Shown here piece by piece: positions 9,745-20,524 of a stretch of DNA of 64,000 nt. Within the stretch, counting starts at the first letter, position 1. Every line of letters begins with the position of its first letter. This DNA is from Myxococcota bacterium (GTDB lineage: Bacteria; Myxococcota_A; SURF-8): the NCBI GenBank assembly GCA_965140415.1, contig OZ223209.1:384001-448000 (forward strand), written 5' to 3'. The position numbers were made by a program, and so were the translations under genes. The notes below the pieces were generated by a model. The model did no database searches. It had not been told where the DNA came from and saw only the letters and a program-made list of their open reading frames with translations.

Positions 9745-10749
9745 TTAAGGGGTCGGCTTCTTTTTGGAAACTGTGTGGATCACGATTTCGGCCTGCACGA
9801 AATGATGATCGGAAATCCCTTTGGAATCCAGGCGCTGAATACGTTTAACCTGTGCAGAGCCATCGGCCAACACGCCATCGATTGTCACCAGCGGTTCCGG
9901 TAGCGGATAGGTTGGCGAACAAACAGGAGTTTGCTCCGGTATCAATCCCAGTAGCTTCGGCCAGAAATTTCCAGATATCTTCGAAGCGTTCCAACCGTGA
10001 ACCGCCATCAATTCCTGTGGCAGTGCCGCCGGGCTAGCTTGCGGTAAGGGCTGGTTGAAATCTCCACCGAGAATCCAACCGGATTTCGGTAAAACTTTTA
10101 CGATTCGTTCAAGCTGGATGCGCCGGTTCTCATCGCTGCGATAGTCAAGGTGGGTCACTCCCACCCACAGTGATTCACCGGACGGCAAGGGCCATTGTCC
10201 GGATAGCAGCACCCGCGATTCATTGACCGGCCAGCCTTCGTTTTCCGGCGGATTGGGTAGCAGTGCGCGTTGTATCTGCTGTAGCGGTTTTCGTGAAAGC
10301 AGGGCAATGCCATAGCGACAATCTTTCAATACCTGCGGCATCGCGGCGGTGGGTTGCCCCCAGCTATCCAGTGTCACCGCGCGATAGGCGTGCATACCGA
10401 GTCTCTCGGCCAAAAACGCCGCCTGATCGATACACCCGCTGCGGCGGGCATCGAAATCAACTTCCTGCAACAACAGCAGATCCGGTTTGACTTGCGCAAA
10501 CAGCGTTGCCGCCCGCTCCAGTTGGATGCGGATGTCATCTTCGGATTTTCCCTGCGGCGGCATTGTCTCTACGCCTGCCGCGACGTGCAGGTTGGCGCTG
10601 ACGACTGTCAAATGCAATGCGGAAGGTGAAGCGGTTTCGACATTCATTTCTTGTTGCGAGGGTGAAGCTGATTGAGGGGCTGCGGTCAAGTTTACCCACG
10701 CACCCCAAACCAACAATAAAACAGCCGGCACTAGCCAGTTCGACTTCAT
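9745..10749 (-). CDS. Exported endonuclease/exonuclease/phosphatase family protein
   Basis: Signal peptide; SANL, LLQEVD, YGIALLS, VTHLD, GGDFN, SDH motifs; start moved to ATG 10749. Confidence 0.85.
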   Translation of the reverse strand: MKSNWLVPAVLLLVWGAWVNLTAAPQSASPSQQEMNVETASPSALHLTVVSANLHVAAGVETMPPQGKSEDDIRIQLERAATLFAQVKPDLLLLQEVDFDARRSGCIDQAAFLAERLGMHAYRAVTLDSWGQPTAAMPQVLKDCRYGIALLSRKPLQQIQRALLPNPPENEGWPVNESRVLLSGQWPLPSGESLWVGVTHLDYRSDENRRIQLERIVKVLPKSGWILGGDFNQPLPQASPAALPQELMAVHGWNASKISGNFWPKLLGLIPEQTPVCSPTYPLPEPLVTIDGVLADGSAQVKRIQRLDSKGISDHHFVQAEIVIHTVSKKKPTP

Positions 10750-10790
10750 GTTGTTACGTTTCGTTTCGACGGTTTTTTGGCTTCGATCCG

Positions 10791-12218
10791 TCAATCCCAG
10801 GGATTCCAGGGAATGTTCTTCTTTTCCATTACTTCCCAATTACCATTCATGATGCCGTGTACCGACCATAGCTCGTCTTCAGGCTCTTTAATGCCGATAT
10901 AGGCCCGGTCATCCATCGGGAAAAACACCACCTGGACTTCCGCTTTCTTGCTGCATTTCAAGGTATGCAGCAATTTCAATTGGGAGTAACCACCATCCCG
11001 TTTGAATATCATCACGCCGCCGCTTTTGACCCGGGTCACGAGTTCCAACTCGCCTTTCGGATCGATGTCCGCCAACCAGGCATCTTTGAACTGGTTCGGA
11101 CTGATGGGCGGCTCTCCACCATAGGCGCGCGAGGCGTCGTAAAGCGGATGCAGTCTGGGATCGGTTCCGCTTTTGGCTACGAAACCGGTTCCATATTTAC
11201 CGAAAGAAAGACTCGGGCGAGGATTGTCGATGTCGAATACATATGTCTTTGACTTGGGATCTTGCGAGGCGATCAGTTTGCCGCCATCCGTGCTCCAGTG
11301 TCCGACATGCGTTACGGATTCAAAGGGAGCAACGACATACATTTCCATCACACCGGAAAGGTACATGCATACAAAGGCTCCGGTTGGATTGACAAAACAG
11401 GGTGGATGCTCCAATTCGGCCAGCGGCGGAATAACATATGGCTGGGTGCTGATCCTGAACTTGTTGGGTACCAACAGTCCAATTTTGTTGGGCATCGGCG
11501 GGTTTACGGTGGGATACAAATAAGGTTCGACAACCTCCATAACCAGTTGCATCGCCATTCCACGCTTTGCATCGACCTTGATCGGCTGCTCCAGATTATA
11601 GTATTTTCCACCCGTCATTTGGGTGTCGATGCCTAAGCTCCGAACCAGGATTTTTTTCAGTTCTCCGGTATGCTTGATGTCCGGCGCGGCATCTTTCTTG
11701 TCCAGTTTTTCCTGACCGGGTAATGGCTCCAGTTCCGGTACGCCATCCAGGCCAAAATTGACATACTCTACCGGTCCCAGATATAGCGTCACCCGCACTT
11801 TTTCCAGATTCTTCGGAGGAAATTTCTCCATTTTCGACGGTTCGGGAAGTTCACCAATGAAAAATCCCTGGATTTCATCGATATCCTTCTGTAGCAACGC
11901 GGCATAGGAAACCATTTTCAGCGACTGGTCGAAATCCTGGTATTCCTGACCGGCATTTTCCAGCACCGGCAAGGTGCCTTGTGTCTTTTCTCTCACGATC
12001 ACAAAACGATCGAAGTAATACACGCTTTGCAGATCCTGTTGTCTGGCAATCGGATAATTCCAGATATCTTCCGGCGAACCAAGATCGGGTTGTTCGGCTT
12101 GTGCAGCTGAGTTCTGCGGTTGCGACTTTTCAGCCGGTTTGTTATCCGCTTTTTCGCTACAGGCAAAAATCGCTAGGGAAAGCAATAAGATGATAAGGAC
12201 GCAAACCCATCGCTTCAT
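10791..12218 (-). CDS. Hypothetical lipoprotein
   Basis: MKRWVCVLIILLLSLAIFAC lipobox; GGGAGA RBS; no recognised domain. Confidence 0.75.
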   Translation of the reverse strand: MKRWVCVLIILLLSLAIFACSEKADNKPAEKSQPQNSAAQAEQPDLGSPEDIWNYPIARQQDLQSVYYFDRFVIVREKTQGTLPVLENAGQEYQDFDQSLKMVSYAALLQKDIDEIQGFFIGELPEPSKMEKFPPKNLEKVRVTLYLGPVEYVNFGLDGVPELEPLPGQEKLDKKDAAPDIKHTGELKKILVRSLGIDTQMTGGKYYNLEQPIKVDAKRGMAMQLVMEVVEPYLYPTVNPPMPNKIGLLVPNKFRISTQPYVIPPLAELEHPPCFVNPTGAFVCMYLSGVMEMYVVAPFESVTHVGHWSTDGGKLIASQDPKSKTYVFDIDNPRPSLSFGKYGTGFVAKSGTDPRLHPLYDASRAYGGEPPISPNQFKDAWLADIDPKGELELVTRVKSGGVMIFKRDGGYSQLKLLHTLKCSKKAEVQVVFFPMDDRAYIGIKEPEDELWSVHGIMNGNWEVMEKKNIPWNPWD

Positions 12219-12341
12219 GGTGGTTCTCCCCATCGTCACCGCTCCACCAAACGGAACGGTTCGTTAATAAAGCACCAACTGTACTGTTGTAGCACAGCCG
12301 GTCAGCCCTCGCAATGGGGAACGAATATCAGACCCCGAATA

Positions 12342-14480
12342 TCACGCTTGCAAACGTCGCCTGATCCAGGGGAGAGATAGAAGCAGGATCACCCACGGCA
12401 ATGCGGATGTTCCGGTTTGATGACAACCGGAACTGCTGCCGCCTCCATCGTCTCCGTCCACCTGGGGGGTGCCGGTCGAGTCGTCTTCGTCGCCATCAGT
12501 CCAGTTGATGTCCGGGGGAATGTATGGGTTGCTGTCTCCATCGGTGACAACGGTATCGCCATCGGTCAAGGAATCGCCGTCGGTTACTGTATCACCGTCG
12601 GTCGGATTGCCGTCACCGTCGGTAACGCCGCCGACGCAGACATTCTCTACGCATTGCGCCTGGTTGGCGCAATCGGAATCTTGGGTGCATTCGACACAAA
12701 CCGTTCCCTGGGAACACACCGGCGTATCGGCGGGGCAGTCGCCGCAGGAGCCGTTACAGCCGTTATCACCGCAGATTTTACCCGTACAATCCGGCTCGCA
12801 ACCGCAGATGCCGCCGACGCATTCTTCCCCGTTTTCGCAGCTGCCGCAGGAACCACCACAGCCATCCGAGCCGCAGTTTCGATTGGTGCAATCCGGGTTA
12901 CACACGCAGTGGCCATTCTCGCATTCTTCACTGACCGAACACAGGCCACAGGAGCCGCCGCAACCGTCGTCGCCGCAATCTCGTCCCAGGCAACTGGGTG
13001 TGCATTCACATTGCCCCGCGATGCAGGCCACGCCGTCATCGCACTGGCCGCAATAACCGCCGCAGCCGTCCGGCCCGCATTCCCGACCATCGCAATGCGG
13101 GGTGCATTGACAGATGCCGTTGGAACAGGGAATGCCGTTTAAACAACTGCCACAGGAGCCGCCGCAGCCATCATCACCGCATTCCTTGCCGTCGCAATCC
13201 GGGGTGCAATCGCAGACACCGTTTACGCAGTCGATGCCGGTAGGACAAGTTCCGCAGCTGCCGCCGCAACCGTTAGGACCGCAATTCTTTCCCTGGCAAT
13301 CCGGGGTGCATTGGCAGACACCCGGTGAAAGACAGCGTCCGCCATCGCCGCAGTTGCGCACCGGTAATTGGTAATCGTTGCAATCCCGATCCCACATGCC
13401 GCATTCGCAGTCGCAGTATTGTTCATCCCAGAATTTGTTTAAATCACAAGTCCAGTATTCCGTTTGATCCTGGGTGGCTTCCGCTTCGGAATCGACCCGC
13501 ATGGAGTCCGCGCCGCTACTATAGCGGCAAGAGCAGGAATAGTCGTACCAGCCATTGACCGAGTAGGAGTTGGCCGCTGCAATGCGATACGCACCGCTGC
13601 TGTAATAGTAACTCGGACCGCCGCTCATGCCGCTGATGAGGATATCGGCGAAACAGATGGTGTAGTCGTTCACTTCGTTGACGCTGGCGCTATCATGCAC
13701 CAGGTAATAGCCGGTGAAACCTTCCGCACCCGGATATCCAGCGGCGCGGATTGTACCGTAGTAATTGCTGCTACTGCCGCCATACATCGGGGAGTGCCAG
13801 CCGGTCAGCGCACCGATATTGTGGTTGACGGTCAACACCGCGTAATCGCCACGGAAATCTTCACTTTGTACCCACCAGGATGTCGTATGGACGCCGTCGG
13901 CTTTGACTTCCGTACCACCGAAAGGCGTGGAGTAACCGGCGGAAGAACTGGCCGGGTAGACTTCGATGCTCGACGCCCAGCCGTAGCTTTCCGAGTCGTG
14001 ACTGAACACACAATGTCCGGCGGTGAAAATTGTATGCTGGCCGATGACCGTGCCCGAGCAGCCCGCCATCACGTTATTGGGAAAGGTCATCACCAACTTC
14101 ACCACGGTACGGAACATGGTATCGTTCCAGGGTTTTTCTTCCAATACGGGCGAACGCCCGGCTTTGCTGTCTTTCGGCTCAAGCTGGACAACGTCCATTT
14201 CCGGGGGTTGTACAGCTTCGGATACGTCGAAATCGCGGAAGGTGGTTTCGCCGGTTCGAAGATCGTAGCGCACTTTTTGCAGCGGCTCGCTCGGCAAGGT
14301 GCTTGCATCGCGGAAGCGGGCGGCCTGCTCCGGTTCCAGCGTTATACCCATGGGGCGGATACAGTCTTCGCCTCGCCATTCGCAGGGTCCATAGCTGACT
14401 TTCGCCGATGCCGGAGCGACTACGAACAGCAAGAGCAGTAAAGATAGGACAGATACAACTGTGGCAGGGCGGGCAAACAT
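12342..14480 (-). CDS. Secreted trypsin/V8-like serine protease with Cys-rich repeats, DGD linker and MYXO-CTERM-like tail
   Basis: Triad motifs TAGHC, DYAVL, GMSGGP; six 8-Cys repeats; C-terminal GGGSSSGC + hydrophobic segment + RRR; start moved to ATG 14480 (AAGGAG). Confidence 0.85.
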   Translation of the reverse strand: MFARPATVVSVLSLLLLLFVVAPASAKVSYGPCEWRGEDCIRPMGITLEPEQAARFRDASTLPSEPLQKVRYDLRTGETTFRDFDVSEAVQPPEMDVVQLEPKDSKAGRSPVLEEKPWNDTMFRTVVKLVMTFPNNVMAGCSGTVIGQHTIFTAGHCVFSHDSESYGWASSIEVYPASSSAGYSTPFGGTEVKADGVHTTSWWVQSEDFRGDYAVLTVNHNIGALTGWHSPMYGGSSSNYYGTIRAAGYPGAEGFTGYYLVHDSASVNEVNDYTICFADILISGMSGGPSYYYSSGAYRIAAANSYSVNGWYDYSCSCRYSSGADSMRVDSEAEATQDQTEYWTCDLNKFWDEQYCDCECGMWDRDCNDYQLPVRNCGDGGRCLSPGVCQCTPDCQGKNCGPNGCGGSCGTCPTGIDCVNGVCDCTPDCDGKECGDDGCGGSCGSCLNGIPCSNGICQCTPHCDGRECGPDGCGGYCGQCDDGVACIAGQCECTPSCLGRDCGDDGCGGSCGLCSVSEECENGHCVCNPDCTNRNCGSDGCGGSCGSCENGEECVGGICGCEPDCTGKICGDNGCNGSCGDCPADTPVCSQGTVCVECTQDSDCANQAQCVENVCVGGVTDGDGNPTDGDTVTDGDSLTDGDTVVTDGDSNPYIPPDINWTDGDEDDSTGTPQVDGDDGGGSSSGCHQTGTSALPWVILLLSLPWIRRRLQA
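12696..13313 (-). repeat. Six tandem ~34-aa Cys-rich repeats (CxPxCxGxxCGxxGCGGSCGxC...C...C)
   Basis: Read directly from the translation; 102-nt period. Confidence 0.9.
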
Positions 14481-14752
14481 CGGATCTCCTTTCGCGGGGC
14501 AGCAAAGCAATGCGGCGAACTCATGCCATTTATTTGCTATCTGGCGAGCCCAAAAAAACGAACCACCGAGGCATGGATCTGTTGAAACCACGAAATAAAA
14601 CGTGACATCAAATCCAACAAAGCAGTGTAGCAGTATTAATTCCAACGTCAAGGCTTTGTTCCATTAATGGAAAACAAAATGCTTGCAAAAATGGACCCTT
14701 ACGTTTACATTCTCCAACCTTGAGGGAATTTATGTGTTTTGGAGGTAACCCG

Positions 14753-17626
14753 ATGTTTAAAGCGATCGGCGACAAATTGTTCGGAACCCGCCATGAACGT
14801 GAAATAAAACGGTTGCAGCCGTACGTGGACCAGATCAACAGCCTGGAAGACGATATCAAGAAACTGACCGACGACGGTATCCGGGCCCGTATGGCCGAAT
14901 TTCGCGAGAAAATCGCCATCGCTACGAAAGATGCCGGTGACCACGCACAATTACGCAAGATCGAAGAGGATATTCTGGCCGAACTGTTGCCGGAAACCTT
15001 TGCTTTGGTAAGAGAAGCCGCCTGGCGCAGTCTGGGAATGAGGCACTACGACGTGCAACTGGTCGGTGGCATGGCTCTGCATGGTGGTCGCATTGCCGAA
15101 ATGAAAACCGGTGAAGGTAAAACCCTGGTGGCGACTTTGCCCATGAGCCTGAACGCCTTGACCGGTCGCGGCGCACACCTGGTTACGGTCAACGATTATC
15201 TGGCAAAACGCGACTCCGAATGGATGGGGCGCGTCTATAAATTCCTCGGTTTTTCCGTAGGGTTGGTTGTCCATGGATTAAGCACCACAGCGCGCCGTGA
15301 GGCTTATGGAAGCGATATCATTTACGGCACCAATAACGAGTTCGGCTTCGATTATCTCCGTGATAACATGAAGTTCCGTTTGGCAGATTACGCCCAGCGC
15401 GACCTGCACTACGCCATCGTCGATGAGGTGGACTCCATTCTGATCGACGAAGCCCGTACTCCGCTGATTATTTCCGGTCAGGCAGAAGACAGCACCGACA
15501 AGTACTATCAGGTCAATACCGTCATCACCAAGCTGGTCAAGCTGGCACAGACCGAAGGCAAAAAGCGCGCCCAGGTGGCCGAGCGCAACATCGAGGAAGT
15601 GGTAGAGGAAGAAGGCTTACGCGCTATCGCCAGCACCATCAAGGGGCGCCGCAAGCGCAAGGATCTGGCCGGAGATTACTACTATTTCACCATCGACGAA
15701 AAGGGCCGCAACATCGTGCTTTCCGATGAAGGCGTCACCTGGGTAGAGGAAAACTTCAACGTCAATAACCTCTACGAACCGCAGAACATCGAGCTGTTGC
15801 ACCACGTCAATCAGGCGCTGCGCGCGCACATGATGTACAAGCGCGAGCAAGAGTACATCGTCAAAGACGGCCAGGTGGTAATCGTCGATGAATTTACAGG
15901 ACGTTTAATGCCGGGGCGGCGCTGGTCCGACGGTATGCACCAGGCGGTGGAAGCCAAGGAAGGCGTTAAAATTCAGAACGAAAACCAGACTTTAGCCTCG
16001 ATCACCTTCCAGAACTATTTCCGTATGTACGACAAACTGGCCGGTATGACCGGTACGGCGGAAACGGAAGCGGAGGAATTCAAGCAGATTTACGGCCTGG
16101 ACGTACTCACGATTCCCACCAATCTGCCCATGGTGCGCCAGGATCATCCCGATGTGGTTTTCCGCACGGTGAAAGAAAAATACGATGCGGTTGTCGAGGA
16201 AATCAAAGGCGTGTACGAAAAAGGCCAGCCGGTGCTGGTCGGTACGATCAGTATCGACAACTCCGAAAAGCTCTCTAAAATGCTCAAGCGCAAAGGCGTT
16301 AAGCACAACGTGTTGAACGCCAAGTTCCACGATAAGGAAGCCGAAATCGTCGCCCAGGCCGGACGCAAAGGTGCAGTGACCATCGCCACCAATATGGCCG
16401 GTCGCGGTACGGATATCGTGCTGGGCGGTAACCCGGAATTTCTGGCCTGGGAGGAAGTGACGCGCGAGGCGGAACTGGACGTGTTCAAGCAGGCGCTGGA
16501 GAAATACACCGAACAGTGCAAACAGGAAAAGAAATTTGTGTTGGAAAACGGTGGCTTATACATTCTAGGCACCGAGCGTCATGAATCGCGGCGCATCGAT
16601 AACCAGCTTCGTGGTCGTTCCGGTCGTCAAGGCGATCCGGGCGATTCGCGCTTTTTCCTGTCATTGGAAGACGACCTGATGCGCATCTTCGGCGGCGAGC
16701 GCATCAAGGCGATCATGGATCGCATCGGGGTGGAGGAAGGCCAGGTCATCGAACACGGCATGATCAGCCGGGCCATCGAAAAAGCACAGAAGCGGGTGGA
16801 AGGTCACAACTTCGACATTCGTAAAAACCTGCTCGAATATGACACCGTCATGAACGAACAGCGGCGTACCATCTACCGCATGCGGCGTGAAATCCTGGAA
16901 GGAAAAGAGCAGGAAGATCGCGTCCTTACCGCATTCGAGGATGTGGTCATCAGCCTGGTAAGCGAAGTCTGCCAGGGCCCCGCGCCGGAATGGGAAATGG
17001 ACCGGCTGATGGACGGCGTCAAGGGCATGTTCAACCTGGACCTGGATCTGCATTTCGATGCCCAGGACAAGGAAAACCTGCCCGATGTGGAACAGATCCA
17101 GGAGAAAGTCTATTATGCCGCCGAAACGGCCTACAAGCAGAAGGTAAGCAGCCTGGGCGAGCTTTTCGGCGATGGCGGCGAGAACTGGCGTCAGATGGAG
17201 CGTGAGCTGCATTTGCAGATTCTAGACAAGCTCTGGCGGGATCATCTGCTGCAAATGGATCACCTGAAGGAAGGCGTCAGCCTGCGCGGCTATGGCCAGA
17301 AAGATCCGAAGCAGGAGTACAAAAAAGAAGGCTTCGCGATGTTCGAAGCCTTGTTGGACCGCATTTCGCGGGAATTCGTGCAATATATCGCCCGTATTCA
17401 GATTCAGACCGAAGACGAACTGACCGAAATGCGCAAGAAGCAGGAAGAAGAACACGAACGGCGGCAGATGAACTTCGAGCGCGGACGCGCCAAAGAGCAG
17501 GGCAAAGCGCCCACCGTGCAGCGTGCCGTCGCCAAAATCGGTCGAAACGATCCCTGTCCCTGCGGCAGCGGCAAAAAATTCAAGAAATGCCATTGGGGTG
17601 AACCCGGCTACGAACAATACATGTAA
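14753..17626 (+). CDS. secA: Preprotein translocase ATPase SecA
   Basis: [51 protein letters not shown]-terminal [26 protein letters not shown] before ATG 14753. Confidence 0.98.
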   Translation: MFKAIGDKLFGTRHEREIKRLQPYVDQINSLEDDIKKLTDDGIRARMAEFREKIAIATKDAGDHAQLRKIEEDILAELLPETFALVREAAWRSLGMRHYDVQLVGGMALHGGRIAEMKTGEGKTLVATLPMSLNALTGRGAHLVTVNDYLAKRDSEWMGRVYKFLGFSVGLVVHGLSTTARREAYGSDIIYGTNNEFGFDYLRDNMKFRLADYAQRDLHYAIVDEVDSILIDEARTPLIISGQAEDSTDKYYQVNTVITKLVKLAQTEGKKRAQVAERNIEEVVEEEGLRAIASTIKGRRKRKDLAGDYYYFTIDEKGRNIVLSDEGVTWVEENFNVNNLYEPQNIELLHHVNQALRAHMMYKREQEYIVKDGQVVIVDEFTGRLMPGRRWSDGMHQAVEAKEGVKIQNENQTLASITFQNYFRMYDKLAGMTGTAETEAEEFKQIYGLDVLTIPTNLPMVRQDHPDVVFRTVKEKYDAVVEEIKGVYEKGQPVLVGTISIDNSEKLSKMLKRKGVKHNVLNAKFHDKEAEIVAQAGRKGAVTIATNMAGRGTDIVLGGNPEFLAWEEVTREAELDVFKQALEKYTEQCKQEKKFVLENGGLYILGTERHESRRIDNQLRGRSGRQGDPGDSRFFLSLEDDLMRIFGGERIKAIMDRIGVEEGQVIEHGMISRAIEKAQKRVEGHNFDIRKNLLEYDTVMNEQRRTIYRMRREILEGKEQEDRVLTAFEDVVISLVSEVCQGPAPEWEMDRLMDGVKGMFNLDLDLHFDAQDKENLPDVEQIQEKVYYAAETAYKQKVSSLGELFGDGGENWRQMERELHLQILDKLWRDHLLQMDHLKEGVSLRGYGQKDPKQEYKKEGFAMFEALLDRISREFVQYIARIQIQTEDELTEMRKKQEEEHERRQMNFERGRAKEQGKAPTVQRAVAKIGRNDPCPCGSGKKFKKCHWGEPGYEQYM

Positions 17627-17653
17627 GCCCATGGTGGATGAAAGCAGCCTGTG

Positions 17654-18763
17654 ATGAAAGTTCTGATGATCACCAAGCCGCTGGTTCCCCCCTGGGATGA
17701 CAGCGCGAAAAACCTGGCGAGGGATATCCTGCTGCACTGCCCGGAAGTGCGCTTTCACGCACTGACCAGCGGAGAGTTCAGCTTCGAGCAAAAGCACATC
17801 CGCGAAGAGCGCCTGTATTCGGATGCCGGTGCCTACCAACCGCCATTGTGGAACAACATCAAGGTCTTTTTCAGATTATTGAAGCCCGACGATATGGACC
17901 TGTACCATTTCTTCTTTGCGCCCAACCGCAAAACCTCCACCATGGCCAAGTTGGCGCTGAACATGCAACCGCACATACACACCGTGCAGACCGTCTGTTC
18001 GGCCCCGCAGAGCTTCGACGGCATTCAAAAACTTTGTTTCGCCGATCACACGATAACCGTCTCCAAGGATACGCGCGACAAGCTGATCGCCGCCGGGGTG
18101 AATAACGTGCGCTGCATTTATCCGGCGGTGGCTGATGAAGATATCCCGACAGAGCAGGAAAAGCTGGCCAATCGACGCGCTTTCAAACTGCCGGAACGGG
18201 GAGTCATCGCCTTGTTTGCGGGCGATCTGGATTTCTCCAACGCGGCGGAAACGCTGCTTGAAGCGTTGCCCGAAGCATTGAAAGAACCGGATCTGACGGT
18301 GGTCTTCTGCAATCGCGTCAAGACTCCCGCCGCAGAGGGCATCCGCGAAAGGATCAAACAGCGCGTAAACGACATGAATCTGCAAGAGCGTGTACTTTTT
18401 ATTCCGGCGCAGAAAGATTTACGCCCGTTATTGCGCGCCATCGACATCATGCTGATGCATCCGGACACGCTGTATGCAAAAATGGATCTTCCGCTGGTGC
18501 TGTTGGAGTCGATGTCCCACGGTACTCCGCCGATCGTCAGTTCCCTGCCGATGCTTCAGGAAGCACTACAGAGCACCGACGCGGGACTGACCGTCCAGGC
18601 GGGCGATGCCGCCGGACTGGCACAGGCGCTGCGCAGCCTGACTGCCGATCCCGAATTGCGCAAACGTATCGGACAAACCGCGCGCGAAGTCGTGCGTGCT
18701 GAATTTTCTATGGAAACACTGGGCGCCCATTATCGGGAGCTGTACCGCGAAATCGGTTCCTGA
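17654..18763 (+). CDS. Glycosyltransferase family 4 (GT-B)
   Basis: MKVLMIT N-terminus; PLVLLESMSHGTPPIVS; LRKRIGQTAREVVRAEFS. Confidence 0.88.
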   Translation: MKVLMITKPLVPPWDDSAKNLARDILLHCPEVRFHALTSGEFSFEQKHIREERLYSDAGAYQPPLWNNIKVFFRLLKPDDMDLYHFFFAPNRKTSTMAKLALNMQPHIHTVQTVCSAPQSFDGIQKLCFADHTITVSKDTRDKLIAAGVNNVRCIYPAVADEDIPTEQEKLANRRAFKLPERGVIALFAGDLDFSNAAETLLEALPEALKEPDLTVVFCNRVKTPAAEGIRERIKQRVNDMNLQERVLFIPAQKDLRPLLRAIDIMLMHPDTLYAKMDLPLVLLESMSHGTPPIVSSLPMLQEALQSTDAGLTVQAGDAAGLAQALRSLTADPELRKRIGQTAREVVRAEFSMETLGAHYRELYREIGS

Positions 18764-18785
18764 CGAACCGCCGCAAGGAGTGATG

Positions 18786-19499
18786 ATGCACGAGGAAACC
18801 CAGAAATATTACGATGAATTTGCGAAAGTCTACGAAGCCCACCGCCACGAAGGCTATCATTTGATGCTGGACGAATTGGAAGTCGAAGTGCTGCGCCCCT
18901 TCGCCACCGGCAAGAGCGTGCTGGAAGCGGGTTGTGGCACCGGCCTGATTCTGGAGCGTATCGCAAAGATCGCCAGCGAAGCGCAGGGCGTGGACCTTTC
19001 GCCGGGTATGCTAGAACTGGCCAAGCGACGCGGCCTGAACTGCCAGGTCTCCGATTTAAGCACGCTGCCCTTCGAAGACAACACCTTCGACTGCGTTTAC
19101 TCTTTCAAGGTGCTTGCACACGTTCCCGATATCCGCAACGCGCTGTGGGAACTGGCGCGCGTCACCAAGCCGGGCGGTCACATGGTGCTGGAATTCTACA
19201 ATCCCTACAGCCTGCGGGGACTCGTCAAGCGCTTGAAACCGGCTACGACCATCACGGAGCAAACCGACGACGAACAGGTTTACACCCGCTACGACAGTTT
19301 GAACACGATCCGCACTTATTTGCCGGTGGATGTCGAACTGGAAGACACGCGCGGGATTCGCATTCTGACCCCGGTCGCAGCCGCTCATCGCGTGCCGGTA
19401 CTGAAAACCCTGTTGCGCCAGGGTGAGGAAAAACTGTTGAATTCTCCCTTGAAGAATCTGGCGGGTTTCCTGGTGGTTATCCTGCGGAAAAAGGGCTGA
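18786..19499 (+). CDS. Class I SAM-dependent methyltransferase
   Basis: VLEAGCGTG, GVDLSPGML, LPFEDNTFD, RVTKPGG; AAGGAG RBS. Confidence 0.9.
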   Translation: MHEETQKYYDEFAKVYEAHRHEGYHLMLDELEVEVLRPFATGKSVLEAGCGTGLILERIAKIASEAQGVDLSPGMLELAKRRGLNCQVSDLSTLPFEDNTFDCVYSFKVLAHVPDIRNALWELARVTKPGGHMVLEFYNPYSLRGLVKRLKPATTITEQTDDEQVYTRYDSLNTIRTYLPVDVELEDTRGIRILTPVAAAHRVPVLKTLLRQGEEKLLNSPLKNLAGFLVVILRKKG

Positions 19500-19517
19500 G
19501 GAAAACGGAAAAGGTTT

Positions 19518-19559
19518 CCGGCAGGATGGCAGCCGGAACTGCCATCTTGACCGGTTTTT
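19518..19559 (+). terminator. Terminator after the secA-GT-MTase run
   Basis: CAGGATGGCAG-N6-CTGCCATCTTG stem extended by CCGG/CCGG, then TTTTT. Confidence 0.7.
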
Positions 19560-19690
19560 ATTTTGATTTCAGTGCTTGCACTATTCTGTCACCCCCGCGT
19601 GAGCGAGGGGACAGCCTGTTGATATCACTTTAAAATTCAACCTTCACGAAAACGACATCGAATCGCGCATCTTGAAACATCTGTATGCGC

Positions 19691-20332
19691 TTACTCCGCC
19701 GCGCAGGAGAATGCACCGGTGACATGGAAATTGTCGGCGCTGTCTTGCGGATCGTAAAGCAGGCAATCGAAGCTGCCGTTGTTGTCATCCACAACCGTGA
19801 TCGTACAAGGTGTGGTGGCCCAGTATTCCACGGTGGTATCGGTCTGGATGTCGTTAAGCGACCACTGAACGACGGCCTTGTCCAGTCCGGTGTACGTGCC
19901 TGCGCCATCATAAGTTTTGGCAGTCAGTTTGATTGTCGTGTAGCTGTTGTCCGGATCGTACATTTCCACGCGCAGTTCCGAATCCACCACGTGACAACCG
20001 GAAGTCGGCACCGCCGTGAATTGACCGTACACGTAACTGCCCGCCAAATCACCGTTTTCGACATCGAAGCACAGTTCATCCGCCTGCGGCGTGCATAGCT
20101 GCGCCACGGCATCGCCATCTACAGTCTGATCGCCATCAGCGGTATCGCCGTCCACTACCACATCGCCATCGGCAGTATCGCCATCCACGATCGTCTGATC
20201 GCCATCGGCGGTGTCACCATCAGTGGTGTCACCATCGGTGGTCGTATCGTCATCATCGCCGCCGCAACCTGCAACAAACAGCGCGAACACCAAAATTACC
20301 GCTAACAGCCAAAACGTTTTCTTTTCCATCAT
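19691..20332 (-). CDS. Lipoprotein with DGD-repeat linker and small beta-rich C-terminal domain
   Basis: Lipobox VAGC; eight DGD motifs; AAGGAG RBS. Confidence 0.8.
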   Translation of the reverse strand: MMEKKTFWLLAVILVFALFVAGCGGDDDDTTTDGDTTDGDTADGDQTIVDGDTADGDVVVDGDTADGDQTVDGDAVAQLCTPQADELCFDVENGDLAGSYVYGQFTAVPTSGCHVVDSELRVEMYDPDNSYTTIKLTAKTYDGAGTYTGLDKAVVQWSLNDIQTDTTVEYWATTPCTITVVDDNNGSFDCLLYDPQDSADNFHVTGAFSCAAE

Positions 20333-20455
20333 GATCGGCACTCCTTCTTATTCGGTCAGCGTAAAAGGTCTCTTTTAGAAACGGCGGTATTGTCCCCGAG
20401 AGAAGCCGGAATGTCAACTATTGAAGGTTGTGAATTCGTGGTGGGCATAAACAGA

Positions 20456-20484
20456 GACGAGGCGGGCTGAATGCCCGCCTCGTC
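20456..20484 (-). terminator. Putative terminator after the giant lipoprotein gene
   Basis: GACGAGGCGGGC-N5-GCCCGCCTCGTC perfect 12-bp stem, TCTGTTT after it on the minus strand; a second hairpin lies at 20496-20519. Confidence 0.65.
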
Positions 20485-20524
20485 GTGTCGATCTCAATGG
20501 TGGAGCGATCTCCACCGTTCAATC

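Noticed and set aside
12417-14441. Long plus-strand ORFs (241, 195 and 325 aa)
   Set aside because: Shadows of the Cys/Gly-rich protease gene, whose codon bias leaves few antisense stops
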